Source of the DNA: Chitinophagaceae bacterium
Lineage (GTDB): Bacteria > Bacteroidota > Bacteroidia > Chitinophagales > Chitinophagaceae
DNA: 64,000 bases
NCBI GenBank assembly: GCA_947453295.1
Contig: CANGGD010000001.1
Coordinates: 25,615-89,614 of the forward strand
Direction of reading: 5' to 3'
In this document: positions 31,078-40,206 of the stretch, in pieces
Position numbering within the stretch: the first letter of the stretch is position 1
Layout: each line of letters starts with the position of its first letter
Position numbers and translations under genes: made by a program
The notes under the pieces: model-generated
Databases searched by the model: none
Told to the model about the DNA's origin: nothing
Seen by the model: only the letters and a program-made list of their open reading frames with translations

Positions 31078-31393
31078 TCATTGCAGCCACCATTGGAAAA
31101 ACTAATCCGAGAATAAGTAATAAAACGGTTTGGTCGTTTTTAGGCTGGTTTGTTTTTTCAGCAAGTATAGGCAATGCATCTTTTCCAGCTAAATAATAAA
31201 AATAAATATTTACCGGAAAACAACAACCAGCGAAAATTGCAATGGGTTGAGAAATAATTTCCTTTTCAGCAACTGCATTAAGTACTTGAGCAGTTTTAAT
31301 ATTCCAATAAATCAAATAAATACCGCATGTAATAAAGCCAAGTATTAATACAATAATTGGATCGTTTTTAAAAACAGGAATAGGTTGTTGCAT
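31043..31393 (-). CDS. DUF4234 membrane protein
   Basis: LILGFITCGIY.IYW pattern; three hydrophobic segments; ...Q..INKL terminus. Confidence 0.75.
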   Translation of the reverse strand: MQQPIPVFKNDPIIVLILGFITCGIYLIYWNIKTAQVLNAVAEKEIISQPIAIFAGCCFPVNIYFYYLAGKDALPILAEKTNQPKNDQTVLLLILGLVFPMVAAMIVQGEINKLYN

Positions 31394-31405
31394 ATTTCAT
31401 ATTTT

Positions 31406-31912
31406 TTATTGTAACCAAGTTAAGTCTAATTTAACCGAAAACTCTCCATTTGTTTTTGTTACGCTTGAAGGATATTTTTCTGTTCCGTAAATATAATCGT
31501 TGATATTAAAAGTACAGGAGCCCATAAAGTCATTGGGGTCTGTGTCATAATCATATAAATTAACTGTAACAGGTTGGTCAAATTTACTTACAGTTGTAAA
31601 TGGCACATCATTTGTATTTGCCCAGAAATAAGGTAATTGAGAGGGGGTTATATTATCCTTACTGTTGTTTAAGGGTAAAGAAAACAAGGTGGTATTGGGT
31701 TGTGTGATGTCGAAGATCAAATCCGGATCAGTTGCTATTAAATAATCCCATGTACTTCCGCTTGGATCTAACAACGGATAACTTATTACGGTTACTTTTT
31801 TAATTGCCACTTTAGAATAATTTATTACTGGCGTTTCCACTACTGGACTTTTTTTACTGCAAGCATTTAAAAAAAATAAGAAAAGTATTGATATGAAAAT
31901 GGGTTGTTTCAT
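31406..31912 (-). CDS. hypothetical lipoprotein with C2-domain-like acidic loops
   Basis: Lipobox FLNAC; DPSG...DPDL and LYDYDTDPNDFMG motifs on predicted beta strands. Confidence 0.6.
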   Translation of the reverse strand: MKQPIFISILFLFFLNACSKKSPVVETPVINYSKVAIKKVTVISYPLLDPSGSTWDYLIATDPDLIFDITQPNTTLFSLPLNNSKDNITPSQLPYFWANTNDVPFTTVSKFDQPVTVNLYDYDTDPNDFMGSCTFNINDYIYGTEKYPSSVTKTNGEFSVKLDLTWLQ

Positions 31913-31948
31913 GTTTAATTTGAGTTTGAAATGTACAATCTATGAAAT

Positions 31949-31956
31949 CAAATATA
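31949..31956 (-). promoter_or_regulatory. -7 element for the lipoprotein-DUF4234-DUF2752 operon
   Basis: TATATTTG on the minus strand, directly after the upstream terminator. Confidence 0.5.
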
Positions 31957-31985
31957 AAAAAAATGGCGACTCAAAGGTCGCCATT
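31956..31985 (-). terminator. intrinsic terminator of the POT transporter gene
   Basis: AATGGCGAC-tcaaag-GTCGCCATT stem with an A-run on its left (U-tract on minus strand). Confidence 0.85.
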
Positions 31986-32003
31986 CAAAAAAAATATTTT
32001 TTA

Positions 32004-33911
32004 TTATCTAACGCCGTTCATCATTTTAAGTAGTTTGCTGCTTAGTAAAAATAATATTACGGAAGCTGCTCCTGCCATAAAAACAAACAACATAAAGAAA
32101 TCATACAGGTCATTAATTTTAACGCCCATAAATGAAGGTCGTTCTAATTTTAAATTCCAAGTTTGAATGCGTTCTTCTTTTCTTGAAACTTTTTTATCAT
32201 TTACCATTGTTACTACATCAACTGAATCATGAGTAATTAATAAATTCTCATTTAAAAGTAATGCGCGGTCGAAATTGCCATTATTTGATTTAATGACTTT
32301 TAAATAATAATTAGATACAGGTGCTGTTTTAGTTGAATCAACAACTATATTATTCACCACTTCAGTTCCATCTGAAGATTTAGTGGTACTTACAGAAGCC
32401 ATTTTTAAATTGGTGGTCCCTTTTGGATTGGCAGACCAAACACTGTTATCTAACATATTTACATTAAGAACAGCCATTGCAGCTGCATCAGCGGTTGGTG
32501 CATATAATTTTTCCGCCCTAATTTCTTCAGGATATAAAGCACTCAAGGTGCCAGCAAATTTATTAGCAGCAGCTGTTGATAAAAACCAAACGCCCATTAA
32601 TAAGGAAGCTAACTTTACTGGTGCTAATTTATTAACCATTGATAAGCCAATAGGTGACAAACACAATTCGCCATAAGTATGAATGGTATATAAGCTTACC
32701 AACCAAACCATGCTAACCTTTGTACTTGGATCTAAACCCTTAACACCAAAAGCAATAACCAAATAACCCATTGCTAATAAAAACAATCCAATAGCTTGTT
32801 TAAATGGAGAGGCGGGTTCCATATTTCTCTTTCCAAGCCAACCCCATAACCATACAAATAAAGGAGCAAAAATTACTATAGCTACCGCATTTATAGATTG
32901 AAAATAAGAAGTAGGAATAACGGTCCCGAATAAATGTCTGTCTGTTTGTTCTTCTGCGAAGTATGTCAAAGAAGCACCAGCTTGTTCAAACGCTGCCCAA
33001 AAAAAGATTACAAAAAAAGCTGCAATATAGATTACCCAAATTCTTTCTCTCTCAACCTTTGACAAAGATGGATCTGTTATGATATATCCTGGAGCTGCTA
33101 TGGTTAATGAGAAAATAAAGCATCCTACTATATCCATTTCAAAATATTTGAAAAACAATAACCACAAACAAGCAAAAACAGCCGTCCAAATAAAAATTGA
33201 TTTTGTATTTATGGGAGCCTTTACCTCATCAGCGGATTTAACTTCTCTTGCTGAGTTTGGCTTTTCACCAATTTGTTCGCCTTCAGGAGTAACTATATAT
33301 TTGTTCTTGAGCGAAATAAATAAAATCAAACTCAAGCACATTCCTATACAAGCAACCAAAAATCCCCATCTAAAATCAGCAGGCTTACCTGTGTCACCTA
33401 GATAACCACACAGTAAAGGCGCAATAAAAGCACCCAAGTTAATTCCCATGTAAAAAATGGTAAAGGCAGAGTCTACTCTTTTATCTCCAGCAGGATATAA
33501 TTGACCAACCATTGTAGAAATGTTTGGTTTAAAAAATCCGTTTCCAAATATTAAAAAACCTAACCCTGTAAACATCAGTGGAGTTGCAACATTCACTTCT
33601 TGATAAAATGTTCCTGCAAAAAACATAAATAATTGACCAATAGCCATCAATATACCTCCAATGATTATCGATTTTCTATTTCCCCAATAACGGTCAGCCA
33701 TGTAACCTCCTAATAATGGAGTTAAATACACTAAACCAGTATAACTCCCATAAATTTGGGAACCCAAGGCTTTGTCAAACAACAATGCTTTGGTCATAAA
33801 AAGAACAAACAATGCTCTCATTCCATAATAGCTGAAACGTTCCCACATTTCAGTGAAGAAAAGCACATACAAGCCCGAAGGATGTTTGCCATTTGATGTT
33901 GCTTCTGACAT
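32004..33911 (-). CDS. POT/PTR family proton-dependent oligopeptide transporter (MFS)
   Basis: FTEMWERFSYYGMR (ExxERFxYY), GG..ADR..G.R, GNGFFKPNIS, FTIFYMGIN.GA, GELC.SPIGLS. Confidence 0.95.
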   Translation of the reverse strand: MSEATSNGKHPSGLYVLFFTEMWERFSYYGMRALFVLFMTKALLFDKALGSQIYGSYTGLVYLTPLLGGYMADRYWGNRKSIIIGGILMAIGQLFMFFAGTFYQEVNVATPLMFTGLGFLIFGNGFFKPNISTMVGQLYPAGDKRVDSAFTIFYMGINLGAFIAPLLCGYLGDTGKPADFRWGFLVACIGMCLSLILFISLKNKYIVTPEGEQIGEKPNSAREVKSADEVKAPINTKSIFIWTAVFACLWLLFFKYFEMDIVGCFIFSLTIAAPGYIITDPSLSKVERERIWVIYIAAFFVIFFWAAFEQAGASLTYFAEEQTDRHLFGTVIPTSYFQSINAVAIVIFAPLFVWLWGWLGKRNMEPASPFKQAIGLFLLAMGYLVIAFGVKGLDPSTKVSMVWLVSLYTIHTYGELCLSPIGLSMVNKLAPVKLASLLMGVWFLSTAAANKFAGTLSALYPEEIRAEKLYAPTADAAAMAVLNVNMLDNSVWSANPKGTTNLKMASVSTTKSSDGTEVVNNIVVDSTKTAPVSNYYLKVIKSNNGNFDRALLLNENLLITHDSVDVVTMVNDKKVSRKEERIQTWNLKLERPSFMGVKINDLYDFFMLFVFMAGAASVILFLLSSKLLKMMNGVR

Positions 33912-34039
33912 AAATTAGTTTTTTAATGATAGATAATATTTGTTTTGATAAAAACTTCTACAAAATAGTAAAAATCTTCTAATCAACATCAAATAAGTAC
34001 AATCGCAATAATTTTAAATTGATAATTAATCAACTTAAT

Positions 34040-34047
34040 TAATTTTG
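34040..34047 (+). promoter_or_regulatory. -7 element for purD (and probably the mre operon)
   Basis: TAATTTTG about 55 nt upstream of the purD ATG. Confidence 0.5.
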
Positions 34048-34102
34048 TGCTGAGTCAAATTTTACTTTTAGTTATTTTTAAAAGCATCTTAATTTTTTTA
34101 TC

Positions 34103-35383
34103 ATGAATATTTTAGTTGTAGGATCTGGAGGCAGAGAACATACTTTTGCATGGAAATTAAAACAAAGTCCTTTATGTGATCAACTCTTCATTGCTCCCGG
34201 AAATGCAGGCACAGCATCGTGTGGCACTAATCTTAACATCAAGCCTACCGATTTTGAAGCTTTGAAAAATGCAGCTTTGGAACATAACATTGAAATGATT
34301 GTTGTAGGACCAGAAGATCCACTTGTGAATGGCATCTATGATTATTTCGCCAATCAAATTGATACAAAACATATTCAAGTAATTGGACCAAGTGCAGAAG
34401 CAGCTCAACTCGAAGGAAGTAAGGGATATGCAAAAGCATTCATGAAAAAATACAATATTCCTACTGCAGCTTATGCAGCTTTTGATAATACTAGTTTTGA
34501 AGTAGGTGTTCAATATATAAGAAAGCATTCTTTACCGATTGTTTTAAAAGCCGACGGATTAGCTGCTGGGAAAGGCGTGTTAATTTGCAATTCTCATGAA
34601 GATGCTTTGAAAGAATTTGAATTGATGATTAAGCAATCTAAATTTGGTGAGGCAGGTAATAAAGTAGTTATTGAACAATTTTTAAAAGGGATTGAAGTAA
34701 GTGTATTTGTGCTTACTAACGGAAAAGAGTATATTATTCTTCCGGAAGCAAAAGATTATAAAAGAATTGGGGAAGGCGACACCGGTCTAAACACAGGCGG
34801 AATGGGCGCTATAAGCCCAGTGCCGTTTTTTAATGGCGATTTAAAAAATAAAATCATTTCAAAAATTATTGAACCCACTATCAATGGATTTCAATCTGAG
34901 CAATTAATTTATGAAGGTTTTGTTTTTATAGGATTAATGATAGACAATGATGAGCCTTATGTTATTGAATACAATTGCAGAATGGGTGATCCCGAAACTG
35001 AAGTTGTCATTCCAAGAATAAAAAACGACTTAGTAGAAATATTTCAGGCTATCAAAAAAAACACCCTTCACACAATTGAAATTTTAACAGATGCAAGAAC
35101 TGCAACCACAACCGTAGCCGTTAGTGGAGGATATCCTGAACAATATACAACTGGAGAATTAATTGAAGGACTCTCAGATTTACCCAATAACGATTGCATA
35201 ATCTTCCATTCCGGCACCGCCAAATCCAATGAAAAAATTATCACCAATGGAGGAAGAGTATTGGCAGTTACTGCTTTTGGAGAAAATATTCCTGTAGCTA
35301 AAGAGCGCTCCTCACAATTGCTTTCAACTATTCATTTCAACAATATGTATTATCGATCAGACATTGGTTTTGAATTTATTTAA
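34103..35383 (+). CDS. purD: phosphoribosylamine-glycine ligase
   Basis: GSGGREH, APGNAG, VGPE.PL, KADGLAAGKGV, GLNTGGMGA, EYNCR.GDPE, GGRVL. Confidence 0.98.
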   Translation: MNILVVGSGGREHTFAWKLKQSPLCDQLFIAPGNAGTASCGTNLNIKPTDFEALKNAALEHNIEMIVVGPEDPLVNGIYDYFANQIDTKHIQVIGPSAEAAQLEGSKGYAKAFMKKYNIPTAAYAAFDNTSFEVGVQYIRKHSLPIVLKADGLAAGKGVLICNSHEDALKEFELMIKQSKFGEAGNKVVIEQFLKGIEVSVFVLTNGKEYIILPEAKDYKRIGEGDTGLNTGGMGAISPVPFFNGDLKNKIISKIIEPTINGFQSEQLIYEGFVFIGLMIDNDEPYVIEYNCRMGDPETEVVIPRIKNDLVEIFQAIKKNTLHTIEILTDARTATTTVAVSGGYPEQYTTGELIEGLSDLPNNDCIIFHSGTAKSNEKIITNGGRVLAVTAFGENIPVAKERSSQLLSTIHFNNMYYRSDIGFEFI

Positions 35384-35521
35384 TTAGCTTTTTTGCTAAT
35401 ATTGTTAGTATTTGTCTGGCTGAAAATGAGTGTATAAAATAAAAAATTAATGGTTGTTAAATCCAATAAATTATATCAACTTTGTTAGGATACCAATTCA
35501 TAGAATTTTTTAAATCAAGAT

Positions 35522-36547
35522 ATGGGAATTTTTAATTTTTTTACACAAGAAATAGCTATTGACTTAGGAACAGCTAACACGCTTATCATTCACAATGATG
35601 AAGTAGTTGTGAATGAGCCGTCAATTGTAGCCCTCGATAGAAACAATCCAAAAATATTATTAGCAGTTGGGAAAAAGGCTTTAATGATGCATGAAAAAAC
35701 TCATGAAAGCATCCGAACGGTAAGGCCATTAAGAGATGGTGTGATTGCAGATTTTAATGCTGCCGAATTAATGATTCGTGAACTCATCAAATTGGTATAT
35801 CCAAAAAAACCATTGTTTGCTCCAAGTTGGAGAATGATGATTTGTATACCAAGTAGTATTACTGAAGTAGAAAAAAGAGCGGTTAGAGATAGCGCTGAAC
35901 AAGCAGGTGCTAAAGAAGTTTATTTAATTCACGAACCGATGGCTGCTGCTTTAGGTATTGGGATAGATGTAGAAGAACCAGTTGGAAATATGATTATTGA
36001 TATTGGCGGTGGAACTACAGGAATAACTGTTATTGCACTTGCAGGAATCGTTTGCGATCAAAGTATTCGTATTGCTGGGGATGAATTTACAGCTGATATC
36101 ATGGAAGCGCTTCGTCGTTATCATAGCTTACTAATTGGCGAGAGAACTGCCGAACAAATAAAAATTCAAGTAGGAGCGGCCATGAAAGACTTAGATAATC
36201 CACCAGATGACATACCCGTAAATGGAAGAGATTTGGTTACCGGTATTCCGAAACAAGTAATGGTTAGTTATCAAGAGGTAGCAGAAGCCTTAGATAAAAG
36301 TATTTTCAAAATAGAAGAGGCCATCCTTAAAGCACTTGAAACCACTCCTCCCGAATTAGCTGCTGATATCTATCGCAGAGGTCTTTACATAACTGGCGGT
36401 GGATCTTTACTTCGTGGACTAGACAAGCGCCTCATGAACAAAATAAAATTACCAGTTCATGTTGCCGATGATCCATTAAAAAGTGTAGTTAGAGGAACTG
36501 GCATCGCTTTAAAAAATTACGACAGGTTCCCTTTTGTTATGAGATAA
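35522..36547 (+). CDS. mreB: rod shape-determining protein MreB
   Basis: IDLGTANT, RPLRDGVIADF, EPMAAA.G, DIGGGTT, GGGSLLRGL. Confidence 0.98.
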   Translation: MGIFNFFTQEIAIDLGTANTLIIHNDEVVVNEPSIVALDRNNPKILLAVGKKALMMHEKTHESIRTVRPLRDGVIADFNAAELMIRELIKLVYPKKPLFAPSWRMMICIPSSITEVEKRAVRDSAEQAGAKEVYLIHEPMAAALGIGIDVEEPVGNMIIDIGGGTTGITVIALAGIVCDQSIRIAGDEFTADIMEALRRYHSLLIGERTAEQIKIQVGAAMKDLDNPPDDIPVNGRDLVTGIPKQVMVSYQEVAEALDKSIFKIEEAILKALETTPPELAADIYRRGLYITGGGSLLRGLDKRLMNKIKLPVHVADDPLKSVVRGTGIALKNYDRFPFVMR

Positions 36548-36593
36548 GATTTGTTTTTATTACGTTACCACCATATATAAACTGTATTAGCAG

Positions 36594-37448
36594 TTGAAAA
36601 ATATTTTTATATTTATTCATAGACATTTTAATTTCTTACTTTTTGCAGGTTTGCAAATCTTTAGTATTTATCTGGTTGTGTCCTACAGTAAATATCATGA
36701 AGCCGCTTTTAGTGAATTATCTAATCAATACACTGGCGCTATCAATACCAAATACTACAATCTTCAAAAATATTTTTACCTCAAAAACACCAATGATTCT
36801 TTAATAAAAGCCAATGAACTTTTATACAATAAACTGAAATCTAATTATGCAATCCCCGATTCTTTGGGAAAATCATTTATCGATACCATGAGATTAGATT
36901 CAGTTGCTCAATTCAAAAAGTATGAATTTATTGCAACTAGAGTTGTGTCTAATTCTATCTCCAGTCAATCTAATTATTTAGTTCTGGATAAAGGAACAAA
37001 TGATCAGCTTAAAGTGGGTATGGGCGTGGTTGATCCCAATAAATCTGTTGTTGGTATCATTACAGAAATCACGGATAAATATTCTGTTGTGATGTCTTTA
37101 TTACACAAAGACAGTCACATAAGCGGCAAACTATCAAAAGGCGGACAAACAGGAACATTAAGTTGGGATGGAAGCGAAATCAATGCAATTACCTTAAACA
37201 ATATATCCAAAAGTTCTAAAATTTTTAAAGGAGATACTATAATCAGTAGTGGATTTAGTACAGCTTTACCTAAAGGAATGACTATTGGTTATGTTGATAA
37301 ATTATATAAAGACGCAAGTAGTAATTACTTAAAAATAAAATTTCTTAGTGCTGCTAATTTTTACAACTTGCAATATGCTTATGTTATTAGAAATTTTGAC
37401 CAAGATGGTATTCAAGCAGCTTTAGACAAAATAAAAAAACAACCTTGA
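36594..37448 (+). CDS. mreC: rod shape-determining protein MreC
   Basis: N-terminal TM and coiled coil, LDKG, GMGV, GDTI.SSG.S..LP.G..IG; operon position; TTG start. Confidence 0.92.
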   Translation: MKNIFIFIHRHFNFLLFAGLQIFSIYLVVSYSKYHEAAFSELSNQYTGAINTKYYNLQKYFYLKNTNDSLIKANELLYNKLKSNYAIPDSLGKSFIDTMRLDSVAQFKKYEFIATRVVSNSISSQSNYLVLDKGTNDQLKVGMGVVDPNKSVVGIITEITDKYSVVMSLLHKDSHISGKLSKGGQTGTLSWDGSEINAITLNNISKSSKIFKGDTIISSGFSTALPKGMTIGYVDKLYKDASSNYLKIKFLSAANFYNLQYAYVIRNFDQDGIQAALDKIKKQP

Positions 37449-37457
37449 TTTATTTAA

Positions 37458-37991
37458 ATGAATGGAATTATTAAAAATATTCTTCGGTTTAGCTTGCTCA
37501 TATTAACGCAAGTATATGTGCTTGATAATATTCGATTGCATCAAATGGCAACGCCATATGTGTATTTTATTTTTATTTTGTGGCTGCCATTTAAAATAAA
37601 TCGTAGTGTTTTGTTACTGCTGTCTTTTTTTCTTGGATATACATTAGATGGTTTCAGACACAACCCTGGATTTCATGCAGCAGCTTGTGTATTAATGGCT
37701 TACCTGCGGCCATTTTTAATCAATCTTTTAATTACTCAAGAATCGAGTGATACCAGCTATGAAGAACCTTCTATAAAAAGTATGGGTGGTTTGTTACCCT
37801 ATCTTGTATATGCCGGAAGTTTGATTTTAATTCATAATGTTTGGCTTTTTGCTCTTGAGGCTTGGCAATTTGTGGATATTGGTTATTTTCTTATCAAGAC
37901 AATTGTTTGTACATTAATAAGCCTCACTTTATTGTTAATTATTGAATTGCTTTTTTCAAGAAAACAGAAATTCAGAACAAATGCGGCTTAA
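37458..37991 (+). CDS. mreD: rod shape-determining protein MreD
   Basis: Hydrophobic 177 aa; PY.Y..FI..LP, LG..LD.F...G.HAAA; operon position. Confidence 0.88.
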   Translation: MNGIIKNILRFSLLILTQVYVLDNIRLHQMATPYVYFIFILWLPFKINRSVLLLLSFFLGYTLDGFRHNPGFHAAACVLMAYLRPFLINLLITQESSDTSYEEPSIKSMGGLLPYLVYAGSLILIHNVWLFALEAWQFVDIGYFLIKTIVCTLISLTLLLIIELLFSRKQKFRTNAA

Positions 37992-38073
37992 AATGTTTGT
38001 AAGTAATTTTCAAAAATCAATTGACAATATTTATTATTGCTTGTATTAAAATCAAAGAAAATAATTCATCGCG

Positions 38074-40200
38074 GTGCCCGTATATAATGATTCTAGAAAA
38101 AATATTATAAAGTTGATTTTTATCTCTTTGTTTGTTATTATTATTCTAAGATTAATCACTTTACAAATACTAACGAATAAATACAAAAATCTTGCTGAAG
38201 ATCAAGGGATTTTTAGAAGAGTGGTGTATCCAGACAGAGGTCTAATATTTGACAGGAAAAAAAATAATATTTTACAAAACGCGAGTATCTCTGATTTAAT
38301 GGTTACTCCAAATAAAATAAAAGACATTGATACATTTCTGCTATGTCAAATATTAAATATTGATACGAATCAATTTAAAAAAAGAGTTGTAGATCTAATC
38401 ATCAAAAATGGAAGATCAAGACCTTCTGTTTTTGAGCCATTGTTAAGTGAAGAAAAAATGGCACTCCTTAATGAATCCATGTTTAAGTTTTCACCTGCTT
38501 TTTATTTACAGGAAAGATCAATACGTTCTTACCCATACAGTGCGGCCGCAAATGTATTTGGGTATACTGCTGAAGTCGATACAAATTTTTTAAAAAAACA
38601 TCCAGATGAAGGTTATGTAGCAGGAGATTTTGCTGGCATGACAGGTTTAGAAAGAAGCTATGAAAAAGTGCTGATGGGCGTAAGAGGAATTGAATACTGG
38701 AAGAGAGACAATAAAAACAGATTGACTGAAAGGTTAGAAAAAGGTATCTATGATACTGCTGCAATAGCAGGTCAGAATTTATATTCTTCGCTTGATATAG
38801 AACTACAGGCCCTTGGTGAAAAATTAATGCAAAATAAATTGGGCTCTATTGTTGCTATTGATCCGAAAACAGGTGGAATTCTGGCAATGGTTAGTGCTCC
38901 CACGTATGAACCAAAATACCTAACGGGTAGCGAGAGAAGAAAACATTTTTCTGAATTGTTTTTAAATCCAGCGTTGCCTCTCCTCAACAGAACAGTTAGT
39001 GCCTCTTATTCGCCTGGTTCAACTTTTAAAACTTTGCAAGCGTTAATTGGACTTCACGAAGGCGTTATCAATACATCAACAACTTTTTCTTGTAGTGGCG
39101 CCTTTTATGGTTGTGGCAGTGGAAAACCAATGCGCTGCTTAGATCCTGGTGTATTTGATTTGCAAAGAGCAATAACAGTTTCAGACAATACTTATTTTGC
39201 TAATGTAATGCAGAGAGTTATTAATAATCCAAAATACGCATCTGTTGATAAAGCACTTTTAAATTGGGATAAATATATGTATGCTTTTGGATTAGGGCAT
39301 AAACTTGGAGTGGATGTTCCATCAGAAAAATCTGGTAATATTCCTACACCAAAATATTATGATAAGGTGTATGGAAAAGACAGATGGAATTTTTGCACAT
39401 TTAGATCTGTTAGTATTGGTCAGGGAGAAGTTGATGTTACCCCTTTACAGGTTGCTAATGAAATGGCCTATATTGCCAACAAAGGTTGGTATATAATTCC
39501 TCATGTTATTGATTCAATAGAAGGCGGAGACAAATTTCAATTATTATCAAAATATAAAAATAAAATTAATCCTATTGATATACCTGATACTATTTTCGAA
39601 GTGGTACATAATGGAATGCAGGGCGTAGTAGAACACGGTACTGGTATAGGAGCAAAAGTAAAAGACATTGAAATATGTGGCAAAACTGGAACTGTAGAGA
39701 ATTATTTCAAAGGAGTTAAACAACAAAACCATTCTTTTTTCTGTGGATTTGCACCAAGGAAAAATCCTAAAATTGCAATTATGTGTGTAGTAGAAAACAG
39801 TGGAAGATTTGGTGGAACTTACGCTGCGCCAATTGTTGGATTAATGATTGAAAAATATCTGAAAGATTCCATTACGGATAAATCCAGATTGGATAAAATA
39901 GAACAACTTTCGAAATTGAATTTAATTCCACCAAGAATAAAAGCAGCAATTAATAAACAAGATTCTATTAAAAAAAGTAAAGAACAGATTTTAAGTTCAA
40001 AAGGACTGATTAAATTAATTAAAGATACTGTTGGTATTGAAGATGATCAACCTGATAAAGATGATATGATTTATGAAATGAATAGAAGAAATAAAAAAAA
40101 TCAAGAGGAGAATGATACGTCAAATCATAATAAAGCAATTAAGCCAAAAAATAATATTGAAGTGATTAAGAAGAAAGGATTAAAAAACGTACAACAATAA
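38074..40200 (+). CDS. mrdA: penicillin-binding protein 2
   Basis: P.RGLI.DR, SxxK (SPGSTFK), SxN (SDN), KTG (GKTGT); GTG start. Confidence 0.95.
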   Translation: MPVYNDSRKNIIKLIFISLFVIIILRLITLQILTNKYKNLAEDQGIFRRVVYPDRGLIFDRKKNNILQNASISDLMVTPNKIKDIDTFLLCQILNIDTNQFKKRVVDLIIKNGRSRPSVFEPLLSEEKMALLNESMFKFSPAFYLQERSIRSYPYSAAANVFGYTAEVDTNFLKKHPDEGYVAGDFAGMTGLERSYEKVLMGVRGIEYWKRDNKNRLTERLEKGIYDTAAIAGQNLYSSLDIELQALGEKLMQNKLGSIVAIDPKTGGILAMVSAPTYEPKYLTGSERRKHFSELFLNPALPLLNRTVSASYSPGSTFKTLQALIGLHEGVINTSTTFSCSGAFYGCGSGKPMRCLDPGVFDLQRAITVSDNTYFANVMQRVINNPKYASVDKALLNWDKYMYAFGLGHKLGVDVPSEKSGNIPTPKYYDKVYGKDRWNFCTFRSVSIGQGEVDVTPLQVANEMAYIANKGWYIIPHVIDSIEGGDKFQLLSKYKNKINPIDIPDTIFEVVHNGMQGVVEHGTGIGAKVKDIEICGKTGTVENYFKGVKQQNHSFFCGFAPRKNPKIAIMCVVENSGRFGGTYAAPIVGLMIEKYLKDSITDKSRLDKIEQLSKLNLIPPRIKAAINKQDSIKKSKEQILSSKGLIKLIKDTVGIEDDQPDKDDMIYEMNRRNKKNQEENDTSNHNKAIKPKNNIEVIKKKGLKNVQQ

Positions 40201-40206
40201 TATTCA

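Noticed and set aside
31942-32166. 74-aa + strand ORF
   Set aside because: It overlaps the POT 3' end and its terminator on the opposite strand.
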